Below are positions 49,812 to 64,000 of a stretch of 64,000 nt of DNA, in pieces. The DNA is from the human T2T-CHM13v2.0 reference genome, Homo sapiens, in the NCBI RefSeq assembly GCF_009914755.1, contig NC_060939.1, one strand, 5' to 3'. Under the pieces are notes generated by a model that worked only from the letters and a program-made list of their open reading frames with translations, made no database searches and was not told where the DNA came from. Position 1 is the stretch's first letter. Each line of letters starts with the position of its first letter. The position numbers were made by a program, and so were the translations under genes.

Positions 49812-51458
49812 CCAGATGTGTTATCTCTTAGTGGCCTTGGCTGAGAGTGTATCTTTGGTGTCTGCTGCAGTCAATGGTAACTTCTATTGGAGTACTTGCC
49901 TCCAAGTACTCTTTTTCTCCAAGCCTCCAACACAGCGTTCTTGAGTGTGCTTCCCAAGCCCACTTCACAACTCTGTAACCAGAAAGAGCATTTCTGTTTC
50001 AAGAACAAATTAAGGCTGATGCCTGAATTGATATTCCTTGTCTCTAAGGGTAAAACCTAAACACACCCCAACACCACCATCATCAATAGTTCCTTTCCTG
50101 ATCTTCAATGTGTATCTCTCACGTGAATGTTGTACTGTGTGCTTGTTGGGTTGAGGTCAACAGGCAAAGCTGGGAGCAGGCAAAGCTGGGAGCGCGGGCA
50201 GGAATCTCTGAAATTCATCTAGGAAGAAGCAGGTCCTGAGACAGGTAGTGAAAGCCAGGAAGCCAAGAAGTTGGATCTTAGGGAGGAAATGGAACTCAGT
50301 TTCCTCGACCCTTCAGAGTCTAAATGCATTGCCATTGTCCCCAGGTGGTGGGTGTTCTCACAGGGAGGAAGTCCAGGAAGTAGGCAGGGAGGGGCCTGAA
50401 CCTCCCCAGATAGTGATTGGGTAGGTGGCTACACTCAACAGCCAAATCAGCCAGATTAGCTGCTTTGGGGTTTATTCATTCCTGTTCTTCCCAATTCCTG
50501 ATCTCCCACCACACCATGCCTTTGGCAATGTCTTATTTAAACATTTGGGCCAAGCCTCAGGTGAGGAAGTAAGGATGGGAGGGAAGTGTGGGTGAGTGAC
50601 TGAGGGAAGGGGTGAGGGAAGAGGTGACTGAGGGGTGGTGAGGCCATGATTCTGCGCATAACATCTGTGAAGTCCAGCCAGCACCCCCAGTGGAGGCTGT
50701 CCTCTGCAGCTCTTTGTTGTCCTAACTTACAGTACCTTGGCCACTCACACAGGTTTGCTTGACCTGCTAGGGTTAACTGGAAGGCAAAAGTTCTATAAAG
50801 GTATTGGTGATGTTTTCTCTACTACTTTTCGCTACTGGAACACCTGCTCTTTGAGGGGGCTGGCCTCCTGCTAGATGGAACCTGTGGGAGAGAAAGGCTC
50901 AGTCCTGGTCTTAGTACTTGGTGTGGGGCACTCCTTGGAGGCTGGCTCAGGAGTCAGATTGCCCAAGGGAGATGAGACAGGAAGTCCTGCTGAGCCATTA
51001 ATACCTTAAAACAGAGCAGTGCATCTCAAATGTTCCCAGCAAAGTCCCCCAACTCCAGAGGCATTCTCAGTGACTTCTTGAGTTGCAGACACCGGGAGCT
51101 CTGCTTAATGCAGCCACCACTGCACAAGCATAATATTTCTTTGAATTCTCCATTTCATCTTGCATATTCATGTGACTTTTTTGCATTTGACTCCATGATA
51201 TGGTGGGGCTAGTTTTAGAATATGAACGATGAGGAGTGGTATCGTCTAGTTGCTAAGAACATGAGGTATTTAAACCTTTCCACTTCAGTTTCCTCATTTG
51301 CAAAATGGGAATAAAAATAATATCTACCCCATAGGCTGTTGTGATGATGGGATGACTCGGTATAAGCAAAGTATCTGGAACAGTGCCTGCCACATCCTAA
51401 GTGTTTTGAATGTTAATGTGGCTATTCCTTTACTGATACTCTGATATGAGAAGCACGA

Positions 51459-52501
51459 AAAATCAATTCTCATTATTTGCAGATTCCTTATTGTGAATTC
51501 AGCTACTGGGTAAAATTTATTTGTCACCTCCGTTAAATTAAGTTTAGCCTAAAGTTGCCTTCTTACATATTTTAAGTTCGGCCTAAAGGTCTCTCTGTAC
51601 ATAGTAAACTGTAACCTGATGATGTGTAAACAGACTGTAACCTACTCTTGAAGCAGTCACAGAGTTTTGGCCAATCACAGGCGGTCAACTGTTTAAACCA
51701 TGTTTAAATAAGGCAAATGCCGAGCTGTAACCAATCCAGCTGTTTCTGTACCTCATTTCCGTTTTCTGTTCATCATATTCCGTTTTCTATCCATAAATAT
51801 TATCTGACTATGTGGAAGCCCCAGAGTTGCTCTGAATCTATTTTGTTTTGGGGCTGAGGGGGGCTGCCCTATTTTCAAATTGTTCTTTGCTCAATTAACC
51901 TCTGTTAAATTTGTCTAAAGTTTTTATTTTAACACCTCATAATCAATAGCTGCAGCACTTTCAAAGTCATTGAACCAGTGCTGAACGTTTTGAGTCTCTT
52001 GAGACACATGTTGGAAGCTAAGGTCCAACCAGTCAACCCTCTGTCTTCTTGTTTCAGCTTTCACACTGTAAATGAGTGGCCCAAAAGTTCTCTTCATTGC
52101 CATGTTTTCACATTTTTTTGGTCTTTTTTTTGATGATTTTGCTGCTTAAAGCACCCCCCAGGCACAGTGCTGAAGTGAAGTCTAGCGTTCCTAAGTGGAA
52201 GAAGGCTGGGATGTGTGTTGCAGAGAAAATACGTAAGTTAGATAAGCTTCATTCAGGCATGAGTTACAGCACTGTAGGCTGTGAGCTCAGTGTTCAGGAA
52301 TCAACAATAGATGTTAAGTAAGGCGTCTTTAAACAGAAACATGCATAAAATAAGGCAATGTGTTGATTGATTGACAAAAATATTGTGAGCTTGCAGGAAC
52401 CCAACTCTATATTTCCCCTAGGAACAATGGCTCCATATTCACAAATTCGTTGTTCTGTGACTTTATAGACCACAACTACAGTAAATAAAAAGGATCGATT
52501 G
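51459..52501 (+). mobile_element. MER82 (Tigger-family non-autonomous DNA transposon) split by an LTR
   Basis: tcaattctcattatttgcagattcc...taaaatttatttgt; ORF 52076 KKAGMCVAEKIRKLDKLHSGMSYSTVGCE (Tigger HTH remnant); ends aaaaggatcgattg. Confidence 0.85.
51531..51934 (+). mobile_element. MER57(B-like) ERV1 solo LTR
   Basis: gttaaattaagtttagcctaaag...ttttaaca; 4-bp TSD cctc at 51527-51530 and 51935-51938; two CCAAT boxes. Confidence 0.88.
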
Positions 52502-53329
52502 TCCATAGATGAGTTAGTTCTAGTTTAGCCCAGCCCTCCCTACCCTTCACTGGCTACTCTTACCTCTCCTGTCTCCACACTGACCTGTCCTCTGCTCACT
52601 TGCCACAAGTCCAATCATTTTACATAGAGTGGAGAGACAGCCTTGAAGATCCTCTTCTTGGTCAGAGGAAGTCACCAGAGTAAGTAAGGGAAGAATGAGT
52701 GAGGAAAGCAGGCAGGGCCAATTGCTCTTGGCAAAGCTCTAGCAGTAACCGGAACGCAGCAACCACAGAGAAGGCAGGAGAACAACTTTAGGGGTGAACA
52801 GTCCAGGCTCTAGAGAGAGGCAGATAGGGGTTCCAGTCCTGGCTTCTCCACTCATGGTGGGCAAGTTATCCTCCCAGCCTCAGATTTATCCTAGGTGAAA
52901 TGGGATAATGCTCGAACTACTGCTGCTGTGAAGATCAGATAGACACAAAGAGCTTGGTACTCGACAGACACCCAAGGAAATGGCGACTGTGGTAGGACTT
53001 AGGTGGGGGCATAATGCAGCCTTTAAGATCAATCTCCTGGCCCTTGGCTTATCCTGCTGGGACTAGGACAAGGACAGGGACAAACATTTCCTTTTACTTC
53101 TCCTCACCTCCAGAAGTACACAGGCAACTCACCCCAGTCTCTTGTCCGCGACACTCTTCCCCCCAACCCCAAATCCCAGGCCTGGACACGGCATGATTCT
53201 GGCACCTGTGGAGCTCTCAGTTCCCCAAGCCCGGCTCAGACAAGGAGGCGCCAGGTACCCAGTTAAGAGGCGCTCCTGCAAGATCCTCGTGGTCCCTGGC
53301 TGCCAAAGGTCCCAGGCCTCTGGGCAGTG

Positions 53330-54960
53330 AGCGCTCCACAGTCCCTTGTGTGGCGTCTATGCTGCGCGGAGGAGGCGCAGGCCAGGAGAGGGCCATTGGT
53401 CTCCACTATGGTCCTGCCTGGCCAGGAGTGCCTATGGCTCTTAGGCACGAGCCAGCGGTTCCGGGCAAACCTCTGTGTGGCTGCTGGGCCTGACTTTGCA
53501 GAGCTGGCGCCCGGGTCTGGGCGGGGTGGGTGGAGGCTATGGGAGGTGGGGCCGGGGGTGGGCTTGGGGGGAGCGACGGCATCCCTGCTCCGGCTCCGGC
53601 TGAGGCGGGGCGGCCAGGCTGGCTTGCGGCGCAGCGGCCGCCTTTCCCCAGTGCGCCTGCCGGCGGCGGCGGTGGCGGCGTCGGCAATCCCGGCTCTTGG
53701 CACAACGCCTGGCGGCCGGCCCAGGGCGAGGAGTGGCTTCCAGGAAGCGGGCGGAGGAGCGTTCCAGCCGAGTCCCGCCGTCGCCGCGGCCCCGCGCGCT
53801 CCGAGCGGCCCGGGCCTGGCCCCACACGGCGTCTCTTCGCGCCCCCGGCGCCTCCAGCTCAAGCCGAGGGCGCGGTGCCGGCGCGCAGGCTGACGGGCGC
53901 CTGGGCGCGCCGTGCACTTGCCGGGCGGTGCAGGTGGCGGCGCGCGCCCTCCGCCTCTGGGCCGGGGCCAGCGCAGCGCTCTGCGCGCCCGGAGGGGGCG
54001 GGAGAGGCGGGGCAGCCCCCGTCCCAGCCCCATTTAACTTCGCGGCGGCGGCGGCGACTGCGGCGCCGCGGGCTGGAGGCCGGCGTCGGGGAAGGTCCTG
54101 GTGCCGGATTCCGCACGAGGTGTTGACGGGCGGCTTCTGCCAACTTCTCCCCAGCGCGCGCCGAGCCCGCGCGGCCCCGGGGCTGCACGTCCCAGATACT
54201 TCTGCGGCGCAAGGTGGGTGCACCGAGCTCGGCGCAGGGCGGCCCCTCAGGGGTCGGGGGAAGGCGCTCCCCAGAGGGAGTAAGACTTGGAGCAGTGGCC
54301 TCTCTAAGCAAGTTGGGGGTCTCCAAGCAGAGTCGGGGCGTGCCACGCGGGCCCCAGGGGGCCTCAGGACTGGGGTGCTCCTCACTGCTGGGCACCTCGG
54401 GTCGGGCGCGCTTCGTGCCGTCCCGGAAGGTTCAGGGAGAGTCTTTCGGCGGCAGTTCGCGGGCTGAGGGGCGTTCTTGATTATGGGGGAACTCCACAGG
54501 GTTGGAGTTTTTCAGGATTGGGAGTTACTAAGCAGAAACCTCGCGGGTCCGAAGGTCCGGCCGGTTGACCACTGGGTAGCGAGCGCCCAGAACGCCGGGG
54601 GTTGAGGCGACGCGCGATCGTGGAAAGTGGGCGTGGGGGTGACCGGGACGCGGCGGAGGCACTGGAGGAGCGACTTCGAGGCAGCGGGTAGTCGGAGGAG
54701 TGTGCACTCGGAAGGCTGGTGCGAGCAGGCGAGGGTGGCGCAGAGTCCCAGGGCCCCGCACTGGCCGCCTCCCTTCAGCCAGGAGTCGCCGCCTCAGGTC
54801 GGAAACAGCAGCACATTTGCGGATCACATTAGACCAGGCCCTTAATGCCTTCTCCAGATGGAGAGAAGCCACCGACCCGCCCCCGGACACCAGCTCCGCC
54901 AAGGCGCCCTCGAGGCGAAGCGGGAGTCGAGTGTGACCTCGGCTTTTCCAGTCTCGACTC
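53330..54960. promoter_or_regulatory. ADAMTSL3: CpG island / promoter of ADAMTSL3
   Basis: Very GC- and CpG-rich against a CpG-depleted background; GC boxes (gggcgg); AT-rich catttaa at ~54031 near the inferred TSS. Confidence 0.92.
54030..54213 (+). other. ADAMTSL3: ADAMTSL3 non-coding exon 1 (5' boundary approximate)
   Basis: Donor aag|gtgggt at 54213/54214 inside the CpG island; no ATG in the exon. Confidence 0.7.
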
Positions 54961-55665
54961 ATACTGATTTCCCTGTAAATTGACAGGAAAAGTAAGGGAA
55001 AAAGTCCCCGCTTCCCTCCTGGTTTCAGCTGACCTCTGCTGGCTGGCCCTCACCTACTTTTAGGAGATTGTGTTAGGCTGGCTCAGGGGCTGTGTCCTCC
55101 AAACCTCCCTGAACTTAGCTCTCAGGCGTCTCTCTGGGTGTGGGTCCCGGACCTCGAGGGCGCACGGTGTCATCTAGCGAGGAAAGCCTTGAACTATCAG
55201 AAGATCTGCGTTTCAGCCCTAAAATGTCACTATCTTGCTGTGTGACCTTAGGCAGGTCCTTTCCCTCTCTGGGCGGCTTTGTTGTCTTAGACTCATTTTT
55301 GCCGCGAGCAGCAGAAGCTAGCCTAAACCTTGGCTCTGTGCTGGCTTCCTGAGTCAAATGCCAATAGCGACACCCTGCTGCTGACAGATAGGCTTGGGCA
55401 GGGATATCTCAGCTTCTGAAGAGCTGGAGGTATGAGATGCCCACTGGAGACAGGTCCAGCCCTCGCCTGACTTTGTTGTGGACCTTCTAAAGGGAGCCCA
55501 GTTAGCCTGCACCCTGCAGTAGGCAGCGGCAACCTGGGCCAACACAAACCTTTCCAAAATAGTATATGGGCTTCAGGGTCCCTCCATCTAATGGGTCGCT
55601 TAAGTCACGGTTTACTGCCATGGGGGCCAGAGCTGGTTGGTAATGAACTCTTTCCTCGTTTGTAG

Positions 55666-55698
55666 GCTACAACTGAGACCCGGAGGAGACTAGACCCC
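55666..55698 (+). other. ADAMTSL3: ADAMTSL3 exon 2, 5'UTR part
   Basis: Acceptor ctctttcctcgtttgtag|g at 55665/55666. Confidence 0.85.
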
Positions 55699-55767
55699 AT
55701 GGCTTCCTGGACGAGCCCCTGGTGGGTGCTGATAGGGATGGTCTTCATGCACTCTCCCCTCCCGCAG
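55699..55767 (+). CDS. ADAMTSL3: ADAMTSL3 (punctin-2) first coding segment, signal peptide
   Basis: ATG 55699 translates MASWTSPWWVLIGMVFMHSPLPQ, matching the recalled ADAMTSL3 N-terminus; phase-0 donor cag|gtaagg at 55767/55768; too short for the ORF track. Confidence 0.92.
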
Positions 55768-58042
55768 GTAAGGTCATATAGGGAGGGGAAGGGAAATGGT
55801 GGACATCCCTCTGTTTACTCAGAGGCATTATTGTATACCACCTAAGATGTGGCATGATTAGTGTTAATCCTACACCAGAGAACCAGACTTTCTTTCCTAT
55901 CTCTAGCCAATGGTATTTCTGGTTGGCTTAGCTGTAAGGATTATCCAGATCCCTTGGGTCCTCTCTGAATCCTGAGTAGGGCTTTAATAGCACTGTGGAT
56001 ACCATACACCGGTGATGACCTGGGGCTGTGATGGACCCTGTCATTTCAGACTAGAATGGCTGTCTGCATGTGCCCAGCAGAGGCTGGGTTGCTGGAGACC
56101 AGGAAACAATGGGCAGAGCCAGGTTCTGGCCCTAGCTAAGCTGCTAAATAAATATTCTGAGTTTACATCTATCATCACATATCCCACTGTTTTATCCCAC
56201 AGTCCTCTCTTTAGACTTCTGCTGTCTTTTCCAACCAACTTGAGAGGACCCGGCTCATGAATTGCATCTTTATTTGCCTAAAGGACAGACTCAAACAAAG
56301 GAATGAGGCTAGCATTGCCTAAGAGACAATAGAGAGTAACGGAGACAGTGGCAAAGTGCAGAACGCGTGCTCCATCTATTAAGAGCAGTCTCTACTCAAT
56401 TCCATCTGATCGTTGCTAAGTGGAGACATAAGCCCAGGATTGCCAGATCTTATTTTTCAAGATAGCTGGATCATCTAGACTTCTTACAAAATTTCCCAGT
56501 TTTTAAAGTATTGAAAGGCAGATAAATGTGTTTGCAGCCTGGATTCAGCCAAGCAGTTTGCAGCCCCAGATCTAAAGGCAGGGCACATCTTAGTATTGTG
56601 TCCCAAGGGCTGCTGCTAGCTCCATACAGTGTCTTATGAATTAGAACAAGGCAATCCCTCCCTGCAGACATAGCTTCTCAAATACATGGCTTGGTGGCCT
56701 GTGTACCCTCAGGGTCTCGGAAGGGACTTGTCACTTAAGGGCTTAAATGTCTGTTAAATAAACATGCATCCATGAATGAAGATATATACCCTGGGATAAA
56801 TTAATCAGACTCCTCTGCCTCTTGTTTCACTTTCTTGGACTTAGTGCCTCTAAAGCCTCTTTTGGCTCCAATGCCCTGTGAATTCTGTGATGCACAAAGA
56901 ACTGGTCAGCAAGGTACATCTTCTCCCCACTATCCCATTTTATCGATACTATCCCATAATCATATTAATAGAGCTCTTTTGTTAGAACAAAAGTTAAGTC
57001 TTTTCAGGATGATGTTAGGGTTCTCTGGCCAGCGAGATGACTGTTGAGGTAAAAGCGTGGAGACTTACGTTTCTGTCTCATCAGCGGATCTGAAACAGGC
57101 TTTGAGAGCTTCAGAGATTTGTTCCTGGTCAAATGGGGCTGAGGCTTCAAGGCACAGTGTTTCATTTTGCCTTCTTTCACCTTATAAAATTTAAATATGC
57201 TTTGAGGCAGTCTGTTGACCTTTGGCCAAGGGCAGTGTTTGCCCAGCTTGAATCACTCACTGACCTCTTTTGGATTTTTCCATATCTGTGTGCCTGTGGC
57301 AGTGCTGTTTCCATGTATCCAGGCAGTGTGCATAGAAGGTCATAAAAGGAGATTTCAGACCAGCAGTCTTCATCATTCACGCCACTCACTGTTCGGATCC
57401 CAGCTCTACCACTTCATTACTGTGTCACGCAAACGTCTCTGCATCGCATCTCAGTTTTCACATCTATACAGAGGAGATAATATTAGTATAGACCTCAGAA
57501 TTGTTTGGAAGAGTTAATCCATTGTGAAGTGGAAAAAAGTGAAAAACCAAACCAAACAATGTCTGGCACATAGTAAGTGTACAATAAATGTCAGCATTCT
57601 GCTGTTGCTGCTGCTTGTCAGCATTAGAAGCTTGAAGCAAGCGCAGTGCCTGTATTTTCTGGTGTAGAGCCTGTAGGGGGCACTCAAGAGGTATCAGCTG
57701 TGGAGGGCCTGATCTTCAGGGAGTGTGGGTGGGCATGGCTAGGTCTGTCTCACCAGAGGCCCTGAGAAAAGGTTCTAATGAAGGGTGGTAGGTCAGCCCT
57801 GTGTCCCTGTCCGTGGGTTGGATGCTCTGTTTTTTCCGTAGGGGCAGCCTGGGTTTGACTCAAGGCCGCCCTTTCTGAAGTATCTTGTGATTTTGGTGTT
57901 TGGGTGGGGCTTAAGGTGTTCCCTGGCGTCTACCCTTGCTTCGTATGTGCTGCCACCAAGGTGGTTGTTAGAAAACTGCTAGATGTGTGAGGCTGAGCTG
58001 TGAGGAGCAAGGGATGTGCCAACTAATTAATAACAAATAGAG

Positions 58043-58346
58043 TTTCCTTTCTTTTCTTTTCTTTTGAGACATGGTTTCACACTGTTGCTCAGGCTAGAAT
58101 GCAGTGGCATGATCTCAGCTCACTGCAACCTCTGCTTGCTGGGTTCAAGCAATTCTCGTGTCTCAGCTTCTGAGTAGCTGGGACTACAGGCGCACACTAC
58201 CACATCCAGCTAATTTTTGTATTATCGGTAGAGATGAGGTTTTGCCATGTTGGCCAGGCTGGTCTCGAACTCCTGACCTCAAGTGATCTGCCCACCTCGG
58301 CCTCCTAAAGTGCTGGGATTACAGATGTGAGCCACTGCGCCCGTCC
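58043..58346 (-). mobile_element. AluS
   Basis: Full Alu; acaaata flanks both sides. Confidence 0.92.
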
Positions 58347-58634
58347 ACAAATATATTTTCTTTATTGAATCAGCTAAAATGTAAACTCTTATATTCACTG
58401 CCCACAAATAATTGTGAGAGATTGTAGAACAAGGTAAGAGGCTGGTAGTTCCTTGTTTTTGTAACTCGTTCTTGACCATTCCTCGAGGAGCTCACTGTTC
58501 CCCTCATCCAGGCAGCTGGAGCGGCCTCCCCTCTTCCTGTCTCACAGGCCCTGGAAGCTTCCTGTTGCTCCAGGCTTCTCCTTAGGGATCTGATTTTCCC
58601 AGAGAAGACAGCAGCTGCTGTTCCTACTCTCTCT

Positions 58635-58745
58635 TCCAGCCTGGAGTATTTGAAAGCTTTTCAAACTTTATCCAGCCTGGAGTATTTGAGAGCTTTCCAA
58701 ACTTTATCTAGCCTGGAGTATTTGAGAGCTTTCCAAACTTTATCC
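58635..58745. repeat. 36-bp minisatellite x3
   Basis: tccagcctggagtatttgagagctttccaaacttta units at 58635, 58671, 58707. Confidence 0.96.
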
Positions 58746-59537
58746 TGAACACCTTGAAGATGAGTCCTGTGTTGACTGTGCCCTGAATTACAACGTGCCC
58801 CCCCTTTTTTTTCTCTTGCCCATGAGAAGAATAAACAGCCTTATCTGTTCACTAATTTAATTGTCATAGGATGGCTTCCTAGCTCTCTGGCCAAGTGCCT
58901 TTAGAAACTGTTTTAACATTGGTCATGTGGCTTGCGATTATCTCTTTAAACAACCATGTCAAGATGGCTTCGTGTATATCTGAATGGCCCTCCACCGTGT
59001 TTGCCCCTCGGGAGGTGCTGTACTGTTTAGATTCTCTGGCAAATTCTGTCCTCTCCCATTTCCTGTGACTCTGGATGGAATAGCCTTTTCAGAAGAATGA
59101 CTTGATCTTTGACTGTCTCCACTGCCAAGTTCATAGATATCTACTGGAACAGATCCCTCGAGGCCACAGTTTTGAAAGGCAGGAGACATTTGGATGAAGA
59201 AGTCCTGGGAGGTCTTATAAGTCTGTGGTGACCTCCTCTGCAGGGAAGATTTTGAAAATTTCAAAACACAGCTTGTAAAATAAGCAATATCTGGGTTGGC
59301 TCCGATCCTGTCCCCTGGGTCTTGTTGGTGCATAAGTATAGGACAGAATTATTTAACTTCTTTTTTCTGATCCTGAGGCTGGAGGCTAGTGTAGAAGGCT
59401 GATCTTACAGAGGGCTTTGAGGTAGGGTGGGAATGGAAGGCCAGGTGGCCTCGGGTAGATGCCCTTTGAGCTCCTGTTGCCTTCATCATAATATTTGGTG
59501 GAGCTCCCAGGCTGACAGTGTGGATGTCCTTGGGATA

Positions 59538-59994
59538 TGTGGTAGGTTGCCTAATGACCCCCAGATATGTCCATGTCCTAATCCCTGGAACTCATAAATA
59601 TTCCCTTATATGGCAAAAAGGACTTGGCAGATGTGATTAAGAATATTGAATTGGGGAGACTATCCTGGATTATGCAATCACAACAGTCCTTATAAGAGAG
59701 CCACAGGAGAGTCAGAGGCAGAGGTAGTAGAAGATGCTACCATGGAAGCCAGAGACTGGGAGAATGTAGCCAGGAGCTAACGCATGCCAGCAACCTCTAG
59801 AAGTTGGAAGAGATAAGAAATGGATTTTCTGCTCAAGTCTTCAGATGTAACTGGCTGTAGTGACACCTTGATTTTAGTCCTGTAAAAATGCATTTCAGAT
59901 TTCTGACCTTCAGAACTGTAAAAGAATAAACTTATGTTGTTTTAAGACCTAAATTTGTGGTAATTTGTTACAGCACCAAGAGGAAACTAATACA
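59538..59994 (+). mobile_element. MLT1C/D-like MaLR solo LTR
   Basis: tgtggtagg...gtccatgtcctaatccctggaac...aataaac...ggaaactaataca; imperfect TSD ggata/ggatg. Confidence 0.85.
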
Positions 59995-60607
59995 GGATGT
60001 CAGGGGTGGGCTTTGAATCTTGACCTCTTTGCTGCCACCAACACAGGCATCCTCTCTCCACCTCCGGTAACCCAGGTGCAATCATAGGGGCTGAGAGAGG
60101 CTGGCAAAGTCACATAATTGACATGAGGACAAAAGAAGTGCCATTTGAGTATTGGTGGCTTAGTCCAGGCCTCTTATTCACCTTCTACAGCAATCTCACA
60201 CTCCATAGCAATTTCACCATCCAAGTTCCCCCAGTTACCCCTGCTATTGCTATCACCCTTGATCATGTCAATCATGGGCAGTGAGGATGGAATCCTAAGG
60301 AAGGTAGTCCTGGGTCAGGGTTCAGGGAACTTTCTCTGTGGGTAAATCAGCTCAAGGTAGCCCTGACTCTGACATGGCACATAATTCCTTTTAGGTCAGC
60401 CTAGATTTGGTTGGGTTTGGCCCCTCGACAAGTCATAACCTTGTGTCTGAGTGTTGCCCCATGCTGGGTGATCTGGGAGAGTTGGGGCCTCTGAAAGACA
60501 CAGATTTATTGAGAAGTCTCATTTCAGTAAGGTATAAATATGGAGCCAATCACTGGTCCAGCCATGCCTTGTGAAATCGCCTTTTCCCATCCCCTAATGG
60601 AATCTTA

Positions 60608-62545
<1,938 letters not shown>

Positions 62546-64000
62546 AAAAGTTCAGTTCATTTAAAGTTTTGATTCTCAACTTGATTTAAATCTCATCTCC
62601 CTTTCCTCTAGTCTGGGCTTGACACATGGCTTCAGGTACCTGAAGTTGCACAGGGCTCTTTTCCCTCTACCATGGAATGGTACGGGTGTGGTGGGCACTG
62701 GTTCTGAGATACTTCTTCCTTTTATTTCTTCTGGATCTAGCTTTCCAAGGGTAGGAAACAAGGAAAGGGGAAGGGGATAAGGGCTATCAGCTCTTTACTC
62801 AACTGGATACCTCTCTCTGGTAGTTGTCACTGCCACTCCAGCTCTCCCTCAACCCTCTGCCCTCTGTGTAGCAGATGTGAGTTCTTTGGAGGGCTCCACA
62901 GGACACTTCCTGCAGCAGGTAGTCCAGCTTCAGCTTGCCACTTGCTGCCGGGGTCTTCTCACCTAGCAGGCAGCCTTATTGGATGGAGTGTAGGCTGGAG
63001 AGTTCAAACCCAGCTCCCTTTGGTGTAGTCTACCTGACCCATAGGAAATGCATGCTTCTTACTGTGCCAGACAGTGAGAAGACGGAATGCTTCAATGCTG
63101 CCTCCTCTCTCTGTCCTGCCAACTCCCTTCAGTTCTCCTTTCCTTGTTCTGATAGATCCAGGGAGAGATCAGCAGACCCACGGTCTAAGCAGATGTTCAT
63201 CTGTAGAGTGGACGGACATTCTCTCCTTGCAGCCGCCCCCAATCTCTATGAGTATTTCTCGTTTTCTTCATTTTCATTTCTAATGGCTGTGTTCCATTGT
63301 ACTTATGGTTATACCATAATGGCATAAGTGGCATTATGTGTTATTTAAACCCATTATTTCCTTATTGAATATTTGGGTTGCTTCCTGGATGGTTTGTTCA
63401 CTCGTGTTTACCATCAGACACCTGAAATGAACATCTCATGCTCACATCTTTGCTTACTTGAGTATTTCCTTAGAATAATCCTTTCTTAGTGTACTGTGCT
63501 TTGCTACACACTTGATACACATTGTGGCCTTCCTCCTTTCACCCTGTTTCAGTTCTGTGTAGAGCTTTTCCAGCACTCCGGGTTTTATGTCATAAATGTA
63601 CTTCCCATGACCTTGTCCCCCAAGTGATTTTGGATCAATATTCCAGTCTGTGTTGACACTGGTGATGGAGTCTGAGCAGGAAGATCTTGGGTCGTCTTGG
63701 ATGCAGACACCGCTTTATTGCCAAGTTGCCCTGAAAATCTGCAATACAGAGTTATTGGCTAGATCCAGTGAGAATCTGGTGGGAGAATGAATGGGAGCTC
63801 TCTCCTTGTGTGTTGCCTGTGATCCCGGCACTCCTTTTTCTCTTTCTACCTCTCTGACCTTTCCATCTCACTCTCCTTCTTTGGCTCCTCTCTGGCTTTT
63901 AAAAAATGCTCCTCAATTCCAGAGCTCTGCCTTTGCCCTCCCGTCTGTCCCTCCACATGCTCTCCCAGGCAGCCTCCATCTCTCCAGAGGCTCCTGCCTG

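Noticed and set aside
50161-50192. Perfect 16-bp tandem duplication (also 14-bp at 8556-8583 and 11-bp near 31688-31712)
   Set aside because: Ordinary slippage micro-duplications with no sign of function.
54127-54213. Open frame through exon 1 into the ADAMTSL3 ATG (possible non-AUG N-terminal extension from ACG 54187 or CTG 54202)
   Set aside because: Both near-cognate codons have poor Kozak context and nothing else supports their use.
53263-55053. Many long overlapping ORFs (up to 282 aa) on both strands
   Set aside because: Ala/Arg/Gly/Pro-rich products caused by stop-codon scarcity in the CpG island; no domain resemblance, mostly non-ATG starts.
58635-58745. 36-bp repeats with internal palindrome, superficially CRISPR-like
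   Set aside because: Units are head-to-tail with no spacers, there are no cas genes, and the context is primate intronic DNA.

Overview
Primate (very likely human, 15q25) genomic DNA, not microbial. Two genes lie in tandem on the + strand. SH3GL3 (endophilin A3) contributes its long last intron, the SH3-domain terminal exon (18010-18215 coding) and a 3'UTR with AATAAA at 18646. About 35 kb downstream, ADAMTSL3 begins with a CpG island (~53.3-55.0 kb), non-coding exon 1 ending at 54213, and exon 2 carrying the ATG and signal peptide (55699-55767). The rest is dominated by transposons: many Alus, old and young L1s, a near-full-length Tigger1, a MADE1, a MER82, a two-LTR THE1 element, solo LTRs, MIR/L2 and simple repeats. 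Almost all ORFs in the supplied track are repeat-derived or GC-rich noise. I found no evidence for a new multi-gene biological system. The most unusual signals are small genome-evolution events: a ~100-bp inverted copy of a neighbouring LTR inserted into the THE1 element; a tiny poly(A)-tailed orphan sequence with its own ATTAAA inside an old L1; a twin-primed young L1 in ADAMTSL3 intron 2; a ~0.9-kb repeat-structured insert in an old L1; and several multi-level nested insertions with readable TSDs. Gene and repeat family names come from recalled sequences, not from database searches.
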